Shown: positions 10,646 to 20,198 of the stretch, piece by piece
Layout: each line of letters opens with the position of its first letter
Numbering within the stretch: the stretch's first letter is position 1
Source: an uncultured Solirubrobacterales bacterium
GTDB lineage: Bacteria; Actinomycetota; Thermoleophilia; Solirubrobacterales; 70-9
Reading direction: 5' to 3'
Length of the DNA: 64,000 bases
Assembly (NCBI GenBank): GCA_963729065.1
Contig: CAVSMS010000003.1
Coordinates: 8,005 to 72,004 of the forward strand
The notes under the pieces: model-generated
The model's database searches: none
Told to the model about the DNA's origin: nothing
What the model saw: the letters and a program-made list of their open reading frames with translations, nothing else
Translations under genes and position numbers: made by a program

Positions 10646-12037
10646 CTAGGCGCCGGTGACGTCGCGCGCGAAGGCCTCGAGCGCGTCGGCGAACACCTGG
10701 AGGTCCTCCTGGGAGTGGGCGACCGAGACCGTCCACTCCTCCTCGACCCCCGGCGTCATGAACACGCTGTGGTTCATGTGGTAGAGCCACGCCAGGCTCG
10801 AGAGCTCTTCGTCGACCTTGGTCAGGTAGTCGCGGTACTCGTACAGGCGCTCGTCCGAGAAGACGACGCAGCCCTTGGCGCCGATGCCCTGGGTGTAGCA
10901 GGGCAGCCCGTACTGCTCGATGATCTCGTCGCAGCGCGCCAGCAGCCAGTCGTTGGCCTGCTCGAGCTTCGCGTAGGCGTCCGGGGTGAGGACCTTGGTC
11001 AGGGCCGCCTCGGCGGCCGCCATCACCAGCGGGTTGCCGTTGAAGGTCCCGTACTGGACCACGGTGTCGTCGGCGATCGCCGCACCGAGCTCGGCGGTCA
11101 TCCCGATGGATCCGCCGGGATAGCCGCCGCAGGTGGCCTTCGCCAGGGTGATGATGTCCGGCGTGACGCCGAAGCGCTCGGTGGCGCCGCCGCGGGCGAT
11201 GGTGGCGCCGGTCTTCACCTCGTCGAAGATCAGCTTCACGCCGTGGGCGTCGCAGAGCTCGCGCACGCGCTCGAGGTAGCCCTCGCGGGGCGGGATGATG
11301 TTGATGTTCATCATCGCCGGCTCCATGATCAGCCCGGCGACCTTGCCGTCGAGCTTGCCGAGGACGCTCTCGAGCGCCGTCGCGTCGTTGAAGGGAACGG
11401 CGCGGGTGAGCTCGGTGAGCGCCAGCGGATAGCCGGCGCCGTAGGGAACCGACCGCGGGTCGTCGCGGTCGCCGAGCGCCTCGAGCGGGGGATAGACGCT
11501 GACCATGACCGAGTCGTGGTGGCCGTGGTAGGAGCCCTCGATCTTCAGGATCATGTCGCGGCCGGTGACCCCTCGCGCGAGGTGCACCGCGTCCATCGTC
11601 GACTCGGTGCCTGAGTTCGTGAACCGCCACTGCGGCAGGCCGAAGCGGTCGGCCAGCTCCTCGGCGACGACGATCGAGCCGTCGGTGGGAGCGGCGAAGT
11701 GGGTGCCGAGGTCGATCCTGGCCTTGACCGCCTCGCCGATGGTCGGGTTGGCGTGGCCGACCGCCATCACCCCGAAGCCGTTGTGGAAGTCGACGTACTC
11801 GCCGCCGTCGACGTCCCAGACGCGGGCGCCCTTGCCCCGCTCGAGGTAGACGGGCCAGGGCTTGTTGACCTGGAACGACGAGGGGACGCCGTTGGGCATC
11901 ACCTTGACTCCGCGCTCAAAGCGCTGCTTGGACTGCGGCGTGCGGTCGGCGAGCTTCTTCATCTCGCGCTCGGTGAGCTCCGCGACGCGTGCGCGGTCGA
12001 TGGTCGGCCTTCCCTGGGCGGTCTGTTCGAGAGTCAT
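10646..12037 (-). CDS. class III (PLP) aminotransferase, GSA-aminomutase-like
   Basis: 463-aa intact ORF. Motifs: VWDVDGGEYVDFHNGFGVMAVGHANP, FTNSGTESTMDAVHLAR, IFDEVKTG, and ITLAKATCGGYPGG with the PLP lysine. Confidence 0.9.
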   Translation of the reverse strand: MTLEQTAQGRPTIDRARVAELTEREMKKLADRTPQSKQRFERGVKVMPNGVPSSFQVNKPWPVYLERGKGARVWDVDGGEYVDFHNGFGVMAVGHANPTIGEAVKARIDLGTHFAAPTDGSIVVAEELADRFGLPQWRFTNSGTESTMDAVHLARGVTGRDMILKIEGSYHGHHDSVMVSVYPPLEALGDRDDPRSVPYGAGYPLALTELTRAVPFNDATALESVLGKLDGKVAGLIMEPAMMNINIIPPREGYLERVRELCDAHGVKLIFDEVKTGATIARGGATERFGVTPDIITLAKATCGGYPGGSIGMTAELGAAIADDTVVQYGTFNGNPLVMAAAEAALTKVLTPDAYAKLEQANDWLLARCDEIIEQYGLPCYTQGIGAKGCVVFSDERLYEYRDYLTKVDEELSSLAWLYHMNHSVFMTPGVEEEWTVSVAHSQEDLQVFADALEAFARDVTGA

Positions 12038-12059
12038 GAGGGGAGCGTAGCGGCCGAAT

Positions 12060-12548
12060 TCAGGCCGCTTCGTCCAAGTCTCGGGTGACCGGTTGGACGC
12101 GGAGGCGGCTCCAGACGCCCGCCAGAGCGTCGATCTGCTCCGGCTCGAGCCGCTCGATGAAATGCCGGCGCACGCCCTTGAGGTGGTCGGGGCGCGCGCT
12201 CGCGAGCAGCCCGCTGCCGGCGTCGGTGAGCAGCGCGTAGTAGCCGCGGCCGTCGTCCTTGCAGCGCTCGCGCTCGATCAGGCCCTGGCGGGCCAGCCGG
12301 TCGACCAGCCGGGTGATCCCGCTGCGGCTGAGCAGCAGCCGGTCGGCGAGCTCGCCCATCCGGAGCTTGCCACCGGGTGCGTCGCCGAGGTACATGAGCA
12401 CCTCATAGGAGGTGAGCGGAAGCCCGTGCGCCCGCTCCAGCTCGGCGTCGAGCTCGGCGACCAGAGTGCTGTGCGCCTCGAGGAGGCCGCGCCAGGCGGC
12501 GAGCTCGCGATCGGAGAGCAGGGAGGAGGGCAGACCCGTCATGCCCAC
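12060..12548 (-). CDS. MarR-family transcriptional regulator (MhqR-like context)
   Basis: Winged-helix MarR pattern (LTSYEVLMYLGDAPGGKLRMGELADRLLLSRSGITRLVDRLARQGLIERERCKDDGR). It is divergent from a dioxygenase-esterase pair. An alternative ATG start lies at 12542. Confidence 0.85.
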   Translation of the reverse strand: MGMTGLPSSLLSDRELAAWRGLLEAHSTLVAELDAELERAHGLPLTSYEVLMYLGDAPGGKLRMGELADRLLLSRSGITRLVDRLARQGLIERERCKDDGRGYYALLTDAGSGLLASARPDHLKGVRRHFIERLEPEQIDALAGVWSRLRVQPVTRDLDEAA

Positions 12549-12573
12549 ACAAGGGTAACAGTGCTTGCAGGTG

Positions 12574-12592
12574 CAACTATCTGATATAGTTG
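12574..12592. promoter_or_regulatory. inverted repeat CAACTAT-N5-ATAGTTG (candidate MarR operator)
   Basis: Perfect 7-bp arms in the AT-enriched 77-nt divergent spacer between the MarR gene and the dioxygenase gene. Confidence 0.45.
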
Positions 12593-12625
12593 ATTACGCA
12601 AATACTTTCGCACCGAGGAGACGAG

Positions 12626-13543
12626 ATGAAGCTCGAGGGCGTCCACCACATCACCGCGATCACCGCCGACGCGCAGGCCAACGTCGACTTCTACGCCGGG
12701 ACGCTCGGGCTGCGGATGGTGAAGAAGACCGTCAACCAGGACGCGCCCAGCGTCTACCACCTCTTCTACGCCGACGAGCAGGGCGATCCTGGCTCGGACA
12801 TCACGTTCTTCGAGTTCCCCGGCGCGCCCCTGGGCCGCGCCGGTGCCGGGATGGTCCACCGGATCCTCTGGCGGGTCGGCTCGCCGGAGTCGCTGGACTT
12901 CTGGGCCGAGCGCCTCGCGGCGGCCGGGCGCGAGCCCGTCCGCGACGGCGACCGGCTGCGCTTCTCCGACCCCGAGGGCCTCGAGCACGAGCTCGTCGTC
13001 GCCGACGTCACAGACCAGCCATTGATCGCCGACCATCCGGAGGTGCCCGCCGAGCACGCGCTCCAGGGCTTCCACGGCGCCCGCGCCTACTCCGCCGACC
13101 CCGAGCGGAGCGCCGGGCTGCTCGAGCAGCTCGAGTTCGAGCGCACCGACGACGGCTGGGAGGCCCGCGGCGACGCCCGCGGAGGCCTCTGGATCTACGA
13201 CGAGCCGCCCGCCGAGCGCGGGCTCGAGGGCGCCGGCACGGTCCACCACATCGCCTGGGCCTCGGAGACCGACGAGCACCTCGACTGGCGCGAGCGGGCG
13301 ATCGCGGGCGGCGCGCGCCCGACCCCCGTCATCGACCGGTTCTGGTTCAGGTCGATCTACTTCCGCGAGCCGAGCGGAGTGCTGTTCGAGGTCGCGACCC
13401 TGGGACCCGGGTTCGGCGTCGACGAGGATCCCGAGCACCTGGGCGAGCGGCTGATCCTGCCGCCCTTCCTCGAGGACCAGCGCGAGCAGATCGAGGCCGT
13501 CCTCACCCCGGTCACCAACCCGCGGCAGAAGGTGTCGACGTGA
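12626..13543 (+). CDS. VOC-family ring-cleaving dioxygenase (glyoxalase fold, MhqE/MhqO-like)
   Basis: Start at MKLEGVHHITAITADAQANVDFYAGTLGLRMVKKTVNQD inside ORF 12590..13543. Two VOC modules (second one GTVHHIAWA...YFREPSGVLFE). Confidence 0.85.
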   Translation: MKLEGVHHITAITADAQANVDFYAGTLGLRMVKKTVNQDAPSVYHLFYADEQGDPGSDITFFEFPGAPLGRAGAGMVHRILWRVGSPESLDFWAERLAAAGREPVRDGDRLRFSDPEGLEHELVVADVTDQPLIADHPEVPAEHALQGFHGARAYSADPERSAGLLEQLEFERTDDGWEARGDARGGLWIYDEPPAERGLEGAGTVHHIAWASETDEHLDWRERAIAGGARPTPVIDRFWFRSIYFREPSGVLFEVATLGPGFGVDEDPEHLGERLILPPFLEDQREQIEAVLTPVTNPRQKVST

Positions 13544-14193
13544 CCGACGGCCTCGTCCACCGGATTCGCGAGCCTGCCGGCGAGCCGAGGGGCGCGTTGA
13601 TTCTCAACCACGGTCGCGGTGCCGACGAGAACGACCTCTACGGACTGCTCGACGAGCTCGATCCGGAGCGGCGTCTGCTCGCCGTCACGACCGGCGCCCC
13701 GCTTACGAACGTGCCACCGGGCGGGCGGCACTGGTATCTGGTGCCGCGGGTGGGCTACCCGGACCCGGTGACGTTCGCCGGCAGCTACGCGGCGCTGACG
13801 GAGTTCGTCGACGTGCTGCTCACCGAGTGGGAGATCGGCTGGTCGCACACGGTGGTGGGAGGCTTTTCGATGGGCGCGGTGATGTCCTACGCGATCGGCC
13901 TCGGGCTTGGCCGCCCGTCCCCGGCGGCCATCCTCGCCTTCAGCGGGTTCGTGCCGACGGTCGACGGCTGGCGCGCGGACCTGGACGGCCGAGCCGGCGT
14001 CCCGGTGCTGATCCACCACGGCCGCAACGATCCCGTGATCTCGGTCGAGTTCGCCCGCCGCGCGAACGAGCTGCTGACCGCTGGCGGCCTCGCAGTCGAC
14101 TACCTCGAGACCGACGCCGGGCACTCGCTGCCGCTCGAGGCGCTGGCGCCGGCGCGCGAGCTGGTCGGCTCGGTCGCCTCGGGCCCCGTCTGA
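13540..14193 (+). CDS. alpha/beta hydrolase (phospholipase/carboxylesterase, MhqD-like)
   Basis: GTG start overlaps the upstream stop (GTGA). Nucleophile elbow GFSMGA. The HHGRNDPVI and DAGH motifs complete the triad. It lies in the frame of the 12565..14193 ORF. Confidence 0.8.
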   Translation: MTDGLVHRIREPAGEPRGALILNHGRGADENDLYGLLDELDPERRLLAVTTGAPLTNVPPGGRHWYLVPRVGYPDPVTFAGSYAALTEFVDVLLTEWEIGWSHTVVGGFSMGAVMSYAIGLGLGRPSPAAILAFSGFVPTVDGWRADLDGRAGVPVLIHHGRNDPVISVEFARRANELLTAGGLAVDYLETDAGHSLPLEALAPARELVGSVASGPV

Positions 14194-14242
14194 TCGCCTC
14201 ATCGAGAGGGCCGAGGAGGCCACCCGGCTAGCCTGTCTGTCG

Positions 14243-15280
14243 ATGCCCGCGTTGCGTCTCGTAGAGGGGAAGGCATCGGCGTCCGATCGAAAGCCGAGCT
14301 CGGCTTTCGACGTCCCCGTCGACGCCCCGGACCCGCCCACCGAGGAGGAGGTCCTCGACGCCTACTCGCGGGCGGTCTCCACCGTTGCCGCGCGCCTGGC
14401 GCCCTCGGTGGCGAGCCTCCGGGTCACCCGGCGCACGCGGCGCGGCCGGGTCCAGGCGGGCGCCGGGAGCGGAGTGGCGATCACCCACGACGGGTTCCTG
14501 CTCACCTCCGCCCACGTGGTCGGCGACAGCGACGGCGGCAGCGCCCGGTTCACCGACGGCCGCGAGCTTGGCTTCTCGATCGCCGGCAGCGACCCGCTCT
14601 CGGACCTCGCCGTGATCCGGATCGAGGACGGCGAGCTTCACCCGGTCGAGCTCGGCGACGCCGAGCGCCTGCGGGTCGGACAGCTCGTGGTCGCGATCGG
14701 CAACCCGCACGGCTTCGAGGGCTCGGTCACCGCCGGCGTGGTCTCGGCGCTCGGCCGCGCCCTGCCGGCCCGCGCCGGCCGCGGCGTGCGGGTGATCGAC
14801 AACGTGATCCAGACCGACGCTGCGCTCAACCCCGGCAACTCCGGCGGCGCGCTCGCCGACGGGCGCGGAACGCTGATCGGCGTCAACACCGCCGTCGCCG
14901 GGGTCGGCCTCGGCCTCGCCGTCCCGGTGACCGCGACCACGCAGCGGATCATCGCGGCGCTGATCTCCGACGGCCGCGTCCGCCGCGCCTACCTCGGGGT
15001 CGCCGGCGGGCCGGCACCGCTGCCGCCGCGGGCCCGCGCGGCCACCGGCGCCGAGCGCGGGGTGGAGGTGGTCGAGGTCGTCGCCGGGAGCCCGGCCGAA
15101 CTCGCCGGCGTCCGCGTGGGCGACGTGATCTACGAGCTCGACGGCACCGCGGTGACCGCCGCGACGGACCTCCAGCGGCTGATGGTCGCCGAGCGGATCG
15201 GCGCCGAGGCGGCCGCCCGAGTGGTCCGCGACGGCGCCCCGATCGAGCTCCGGATCACCCCGGTCGAGCTCGAGCTCTAG
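14243..15280 (+). CDS. HtrA/DegP-family serine protease with PDZ domain
   Basis: Catalytic triad contexts LLTSAHVV, DLAVIRI and GNSGGAL. C-terminal PDZ domain (GVEVVEVVAGSPAELAGVRVGDVIYELDG). Confidence 0.85.
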   Translation: MPALRLVEGKASASDRKPSSAFDVPVDAPDPPTEEEVLDAYSRAVSTVAARLAPSVASLRVTRRTRRGRVQAGAGSGVAITHDGFLLTSAHVVGDSDGGSARFTDGRELGFSIAGSDPLSDLAVIRIEDGELHPVELGDAERLRVGQLVVAIGNPHGFEGSVTAGVVSALGRALPARAGRGVRVIDNVIQTDAALNPGNSGGALADGRGTLIGVNTAVAGVGLGLAVPVTATTQRIIAALISDGRVRRAYLGVAGGPAPLPPRARAATGAERGVEVVEVVAGSPAELAGVRVGDVIYELDGTAVTAATDLQRLMVAERIGAEAAARVVRDGAPIELRITPVELEL

Positions 15281-15292
15281 ACGGTTCGCCGC

Positions 15293-16843
15293 TCATCGGC
15301 GCGCCGAGAATCGGCGAGCGTCGACGTTCCTTGCGCATAGGAGCAAGGAAGTCACCGCTCGCGCGGAACGATCGGCCGTACCTCGGACGGCCGCACGGCC
15401 CGCTACTCCGCCGCCATAGCTCGGCCGCGCTGCGGCGGCCGGCCGCGCCGCGTACGGCAGCCGCGACGGGATCGCGAGGCTGGCGCAGAAGGCGGCCGCC
15501 GACGCCGACGGCCGAGATCGCGAAGGCGAGGGTGAAGCCGGACTCGGCCGGGCGCGCCGGTGCCGGCGATCACGTGGCCGGCGACGACGGAGGCGGTGAT
15601 CTGGCCGCCGAGGGAGCCGCCGATCGTGCGCATGATCGTGTTCATCGCGGTGGCGACCGAGGTCTTGGTGCGGTCGACCGCCTCGACGATCAGGTTCGCC
15701 ATCGCCGCGAAGGCGAGCCCGATGCCGACTCCCATCAGCGTCGTCCCGGCGTAGATCTCCCAGCGCTCGGAGTGCGCGGCCGCGAGGAAGGTGAAGCTCA
15801 CGGTGCAGACGGCGGTGCCCAGCAGGAGGGGCAGCTTCGAGCCGTACCGGGTCCCGAGCCAGCCCGAGGTCGGGCCGGCGAACAGCATCACCAGGGCCGA
15901 GGGGAGGAGGAAGATCCCGGCCTCGGTGACGGTCGCGCCGAACCCGAAGCCGGACTCCGCGGGGATCGACCTGGACGAAGCGGGGGATGAGGATGAAGGA
16001 GCCGAACATCCCGAACCCGACGAGCAGCCCGGTGAGGTTCGTGGTCCACACCCCGCGCTCGGCCATCATCCGCATGTCGACCAGCGGTTGAGGCACGCGC
16101 CGCTCCCAGACAACCCAGGCGCAGAGGACCGCCGCCGCGCCCCCGAACATGCCGACGATCCGCGCGTCGGACCAGCCCCAGGACGCGCCCTCGCTGACCC
16201 CGATCAGCAGCGCCGCGAGGCCGACGGAGAGCAGCCCGGCGCCGACCCAGTCGATCTTCGCCGGCGACTTGATCGGCGACTCGGGCACGAACAGGTGCGT
16301 GGCCACGATCGCGATCACGACGAAGACGAGCGCGAGCCAGAAGATCCACTCGTAGGCGAGGTGGTCGACGATCAGCCCGCTGAGCACCAGGCCGGCGCCG
16401 CCGCCGATCCCGAAGGTCGCGCTGATCAGCCCGATCCCCGTCGCCACCCGCTCGGGCGGGAACTCGTCGCGGATGATCCCGAAGGCGAGCGGGAAGACGG
16501 CGCCGCCGACGCCCTGCACGGCGCGGCCGGCGATCAGCAGGCCGATCGAGTGCGAGAGCGCGCAGATCAGCGAGCCCGCGGCGAAGCAGATCAGGGTGAT
16601 CAGCAGCAGGCGCTCCTTGCCGAACATGTCCCCGAGGCGGCCGACGATCGGCGTCGCCACCGAGGCGGTCAGCAGGTAGGCGGTGAGGACGAACGTGACC
16701 GTCGTGGTCGTGGTCCCGAGGTCCTCCTGGATCGCGGGCAGCGCCGGCGCGACCATCGTCTGCGCCAGCGCGTAGGCCAGCGCGCTGAGCACCAGCACGC
16801 CAAGCGTCAGGCCGTAGTGCTGGCGCGCCAGCGCCGCGGTCAC
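15293..16843 (-). pseudogene. MFS drug exporter (DHA2/EmrB-QacA type), at least 2 frameshifts
   Basis: The N-terminal 8-9 TM segments are intact (GRLGDMFGKERLL, WIFWLAL...). The frame is lost near 15968 (FILIPRFVQ|). The sequence continues in ORF 15403..15891 (MLFAGPTSGWLGTRYG...IMRTIGGSLGGQI). The frame is lost again near 15540, and possibly near 15500. Confidence 0.8.
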
Positions 16844-17328
16844 GCCTGGTCCTCGATCGCGGCCGCGAGCACGCCGAGCAGGCGGGCCGCCGTATCGCGG
16901 TCGGCCGGATCGAGCGACTCGAACACCGCCTGTCGCTTGGCGGCCACCAGCTTGCGCTTGCGCTCGAGCAGGCGGCGCCCGGGGGCCGTGAGATGGACGG
17001 TGACGCTGCGGCGGTCCTCGGTCGACGGCCGGCGCTCGACCACGCCCTGGCGCTCGAGCCCGTCGAGCATCCGCGTCGCGGTGGGCTGGGCGATGCCCGC
17101 CGCCTCGGCGAGCGCCCCGACCGGAAACGAGTCGTCGGCGCCGAGCTCGGCGAACGAGAACAGGAGCTGGAACTGGGCGACGCTGAGGCCCTCCTTCTCG
17201 GCCTCCTGCGTCGAGCGTCCGCGGGCGCGGCGGATCGCGCCGAAGAAGCGGTCCCAGGCGGCGTCGAACTCGGCCCGGGTGGAGGTCTTTGCACGGGTGG
17301 CGGGCAAGCGCGGCCAGCAGGGTAGCAA
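16840..17328 (-). CDS. MarR-family transcriptional regulator
   Basis: MarR winged helix (LSVAQFQLLFSFAELG...GALAEAAGIAQPTATRMLDGLERQGVVERRPSTEDRRSV). 4-nt overlap with the downstream MFS gene. The TTG start at 17328 is uncertain. Confidence 0.8.
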   Translation of the reverse strand: MLPCWPRLPATRAKTSTRAEFDAAWDRFFGAIRRARGRSTQEAEKEGLSVAQFQLLFSFAELGADDSFPVGALAEAAGIAQPTATRMLDGLERQGVVERRPSTEDRRSVTVHLTAPGRRLLERKRKLVAAKRQAVFESLDPADRDTAARLLGVLAAAIEDQA

Positions 17329-17332
17329 GATC

Positions 17333-17361
17333 GATAGCTAGCTACATATTCGCTAGCTATC
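17333..17361. promoter_or_regulatory. perfect inverted repeat GATAGCTAGC-N9-GCTAGCTATC (candidate MarR operator)
   Basis: 10-bp arms in the only AT-rich stretch of the marR / radical-SAM divergent spacer. Confidence 0.5.
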
Positions 17362-17408
17362 TAAATTCCCACCGCCGGTCCGTCACCCCCGTATGCGAAC
17401 ATGTGTTC

Positions 17409-18422
17409 GTGCGCTGGGAAAATCTCGAGAAGGGAGCGAGCACGCAGGGGCTGCTGCCCGGGACCGGGGAGTCCACGGTCCGCACCTTCGACGCCCCCGA
17501 GGCGCTCGGGGTCCGCTTCCACGAGGTCGAGGCGCGCTCGGGACTCAACCGGGTGCCCAAGCAGTCGCGGATGCCGTTTCGGTGGACGATCAACGCATAT
17601 CGCGGCTGCACCCACGCCTGCGTCTACTGCTTCGCCCGGCCCACGCACACCTACCTGGACCTGAACGCGCGCGAGGACTTCGAGCGCGAGATCGTGGTCA
17701 AGGTCAATGTCCCGGAGCTCGTCCGGGCCGAGCTCGGGCGCCGGAGTTGGAAGGGCGAGCACGTCGCCCTCGGCACCAACACGGACCCGTATCAGTGGGT
17801 CGAGGGCCGGTACCGGCTGATGGAGGGGATCTGGGAGGCGATGCGCGACTACGCCAACCCGTGCTCGGTGCTGACCAAGTCGCCGCTGCTGCTGCGCGAC
17901 ATGGGCCTGATGAAGGAGATCTGCGCGCGAACCGAGTTCGTCGCCAACCTCTCGATCCCGACCCTCGAGGAGAAGGCGTGGCGGCAGACCGAGCCCCACA
18001 CGCCGCACCCGCGCAAGCGGATCGAGGCGGTCGCGGAGCTCAACAGGGCCGGGATCCCGACCGGGGTCCTGATCGCGCCCCTGATCCCCGGCGTCAACGA
18101 CGCCCCGGGGCAGGTCGAGGAGCTCGTCGCGCTCTGCGGCGAGGCGGGCGCGCAGAGCATCGGCGGGGTCGGGCTGCACCTGCGCGGCGAGGTGCGCGAG
18201 ATCTGGTTCGACTGGCTGCGCCAGTACCGCCCCGACCTGCTGCCGCGCTACCGCGAGCTCTATCGCCGCGGCGCCTACATGCCCTCCGAGGAGCGCGACC
18301 GGCTGGCCGCCCGCGCTCGCGGCGGGCGCCGACCGCGGCGCTTCACGGTCGAGCGCGGCACCCAGCGCGCGACGAAGGCGCGCGAGCGGCGCCTGCCCGC
18401 GCGCCAGACGAGCCTCTTCTGA
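17409..18422 (+). CDS. radical SAM protein (Rv2578c / SplB-like family)
   Basis: CxxxCxxC cluster motif (GCTHACVYC). Family-typical LGTNTDPYQ, SVLTKSPL and IAPLIPGVND. The start is taken at GTG (MRWENLEK). The 17289 start in the track would overlap the MarR gene. Confidence 0.8.
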   Translation: MRWENLEKGASTQGLLPGTGESTVRTFDAPEALGVRFHEVEARSGLNRVPKQSRMPFRWTINAYRGCTHACVYCFARPTHTYLDLNAREDFEREIVVKVNVPELVRAELGRRSWKGEHVALGTNTDPYQWVEGRYRLMEGIWEAMRDYANPCSVLTKSPLLLRDMGLMKEICARTEFVANLSIPTLEEKAWRQTEPHTPHPRKRIEAVAELNRAGIPTGVLIAPLIPGVNDAPGQVEELVALCGEAGAQSIGGVGLHLRGEVREIWFDWLRQYRPDLLPRYRELYRRGAYMPSEERDRLAARARGGRRPRRFTVERGTQRATKARERRLPARQTSLF

Positions 18423-18480
18423 GCGAGCGCCGATCCCCGATGAATCCCGATCGCGCCGCGGGTCTACCCTCACGAAACCG

Positions 18481-19398
18481 ATGAATGCGATCGAGCCGAG
18501 CGGAAACGCGATCGAGCTCCGCGGCGTGGTGAAGACGTTCGGGCCCATCACCGCCGTCGACGAGCTCGACCTCGACGTGCCCGCGGGCATCTGTCTCGGG
18601 CTCCTGGGCCCGAACGGGGCCGGGAAGTCGACCACGATGCGCCTGCTCACAGGGCAGGCGATCGCCGACTCGGGCGAGCTCCGGGTGCTCGAGTTCGAGC
18701 TCCCGCGCCAGGCGAAGTCGGCGCGCGCCGTGATGGGCGTCGTGCCGCAGCTCGACAACCTGGACATCGACGTCACGGTCGAGGACAACCTCGCGGTCTT
18801 CGCCCGCCTCTACCGGGTCGCCGACGTCCCCGCGGCGGTCGACCGCGCGCTCGAGCTGGCGCGCCTGACCGAACGGCGCAAGGACGCGGTCGACGAGCTC
18901 TCCGGCGGCATGCGCCGCCGCCTGCTGGTCGCCCGCGGCCTCGTCCACGACCCGCGCCTGGTCCTGCTCGACGAGCCCACCGTCGGACTCGACCCGCAGA
19001 TCCGCACCCAGATCTGGTCGCTGATCGACGGCCTGCGCTCGCGCGGGGCGACGATCCTGATGTCGACGCATTACATCGAGGAGGCGGAGCGGCTCGCCGA
19101 CGAGGTCGCGGTGATGGCGGCCGGCAAGGTGGTCGCCCGCGGCAAGCCGAGCGAGCTCATCGTCGAGCACGCCGGGCCGCGAGACCGCCGAGGTCTACGG
19201 GCCGCCCGACCGGCTCGCCGAGGTCGGGCCGCCGCCGAGTCGGAGGGCATGCGGGTGCGACCCGCTGGGCCCGCGATCGCGATCGTGGGCTCCGAGCGCT
19301 CGGTCAACGGGACCGTGCCCGAGGACGCCGTCCGCCGCGCGGCATCGCTCGAGGACGTCTTCGTGCTCTTGACGGGGGAGGAGGCGGATGAAGCCTGA
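18481..19398 (+). CDS. ABC transporter ATP-binding protein (DrrA/NodI type) with an internal out-of-frame patch
   Basis: Walker A GPNGAGKST, signature LSGGMRRR, Walker B LVLLDEPT. Between about 19175 and 19230 the conserved peptide (RETAEVYGPPDRLAEVG) is encoded in a different frame. The ORF nevertheless stays open. Confidence 0.85.
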   Translation: MNAIEPSGNAIELRGVVKTFGPITAVDELDLDVPAGICLGLLGPNGAGKSTTMRLLTGQAIADSGELRVLEFELPRQAKSARAVMGVVPQLDNLDIDVTVEDNLAVFARLYRVADVPAAVDRALELARLTERRKDAVDELSGGMRRRLLVARGLVHDPRLVLLDEPTVGLDPQIRTQIWSLIDGLRSRGATILMSTHYIEEAERLADEVAVMAAGKVVARGKPSELIVEHAGPRDRRGLRAARPARRGRAAAESEGMRVRPAGPAIAIVGSERSVNGTVPEDAVRRAASLEDVFVLLTGEEADEA

Positions 19399-19422
19399 GG
19401 CCAGCCGCCGGAGGCCCCGCGC

Positions 19423-20191
19423 ATGGGCCGGCTCGAGCCGGCTGCGATCACGGGCGTGATGAGCCGCGAGGTCGCCAACTTCCGCACGTTCTGGAAGGCG
19501 ACGACGTTCTCGAGCGTGCTCGAGCCGACGATCTACCTGCTCGCCTTCGGGCTCGGCCTCGGCTCGACGATCGTCACCAACGTCGACGGGCTCGACTACG
19601 TCGAGTTCGTCGGCACCGGCATGGTCGCGACCGCGGTGATCTTCGCCAGCGCGCTGCCCGCGATGTTCGGCACCTTCGTCAAGCACCGCTTCCAGCGCAC
19701 CTACGACGCGATCCTCGCCGCCCCGGTCGACGTCGAGGAGCTGGTCACCGCGGAGGCGCTGTGGATCGCGCTGCGCGCCGGGGTCTACGGCTGCTTCCCG
19801 CTGCTCGTCTCCTTCTTCTTCGGCCTCGAGCCGACCTGGGCGATGCTGCTGGTGCCGTTCTTCTGCTTCATCACCGCGCTCGGCTTCGCCTCGTTCGGAA
19901 TCGCGGTCGCAGGCACCGTGGCGAAGATCGACCAGTTCAACTACGTGACCACGCTCGTGATCACGCCGCTGTTCCTGGTCGCCGGGACGTTCTTCCCGAT
20001 CAACCAGCTCCCCGAGGGCTTCCAGGTGCTGGCGCAGTTCAACCCGCTCTACCAGCTCGTCGAGCTCGTCCGTGGGGCGGCCTTCGGGTTCGAGGCGGTG
20101 GACGTGCTGCGGGTGCTGGCGCTGATGGGGTTCGGGTTCGTCATGTGGCGGGTCGCCGTCCGCCAGACTCGGCAAGCGGCTGGTCGACTGA
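19423..20191 (+). CDS. ABC-2 type transporter permease (DrrB/NodJ type), probable frameshift near 20172
   Basis: Six TM segments. In the track frame the ORF runs to 20319, antisense into the next gene. A +1 shift near 20172 gives ...RQTR-KRLVD-stop at 20189-20191, which is a typical family terminus. Confidence 0.7.
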
Positions 20192-20198
20192 ACGGGCG

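Noticed and set aside
19165-19235. Programmed ribosomal frameshifting as an explanation for the frame breaks
   Set aside because: There are no slippery heptamers or downstream structures at the junctions. The breaks occur in many unrelated genes, in both directions, often several per gene. Indel errors or decay fit better.
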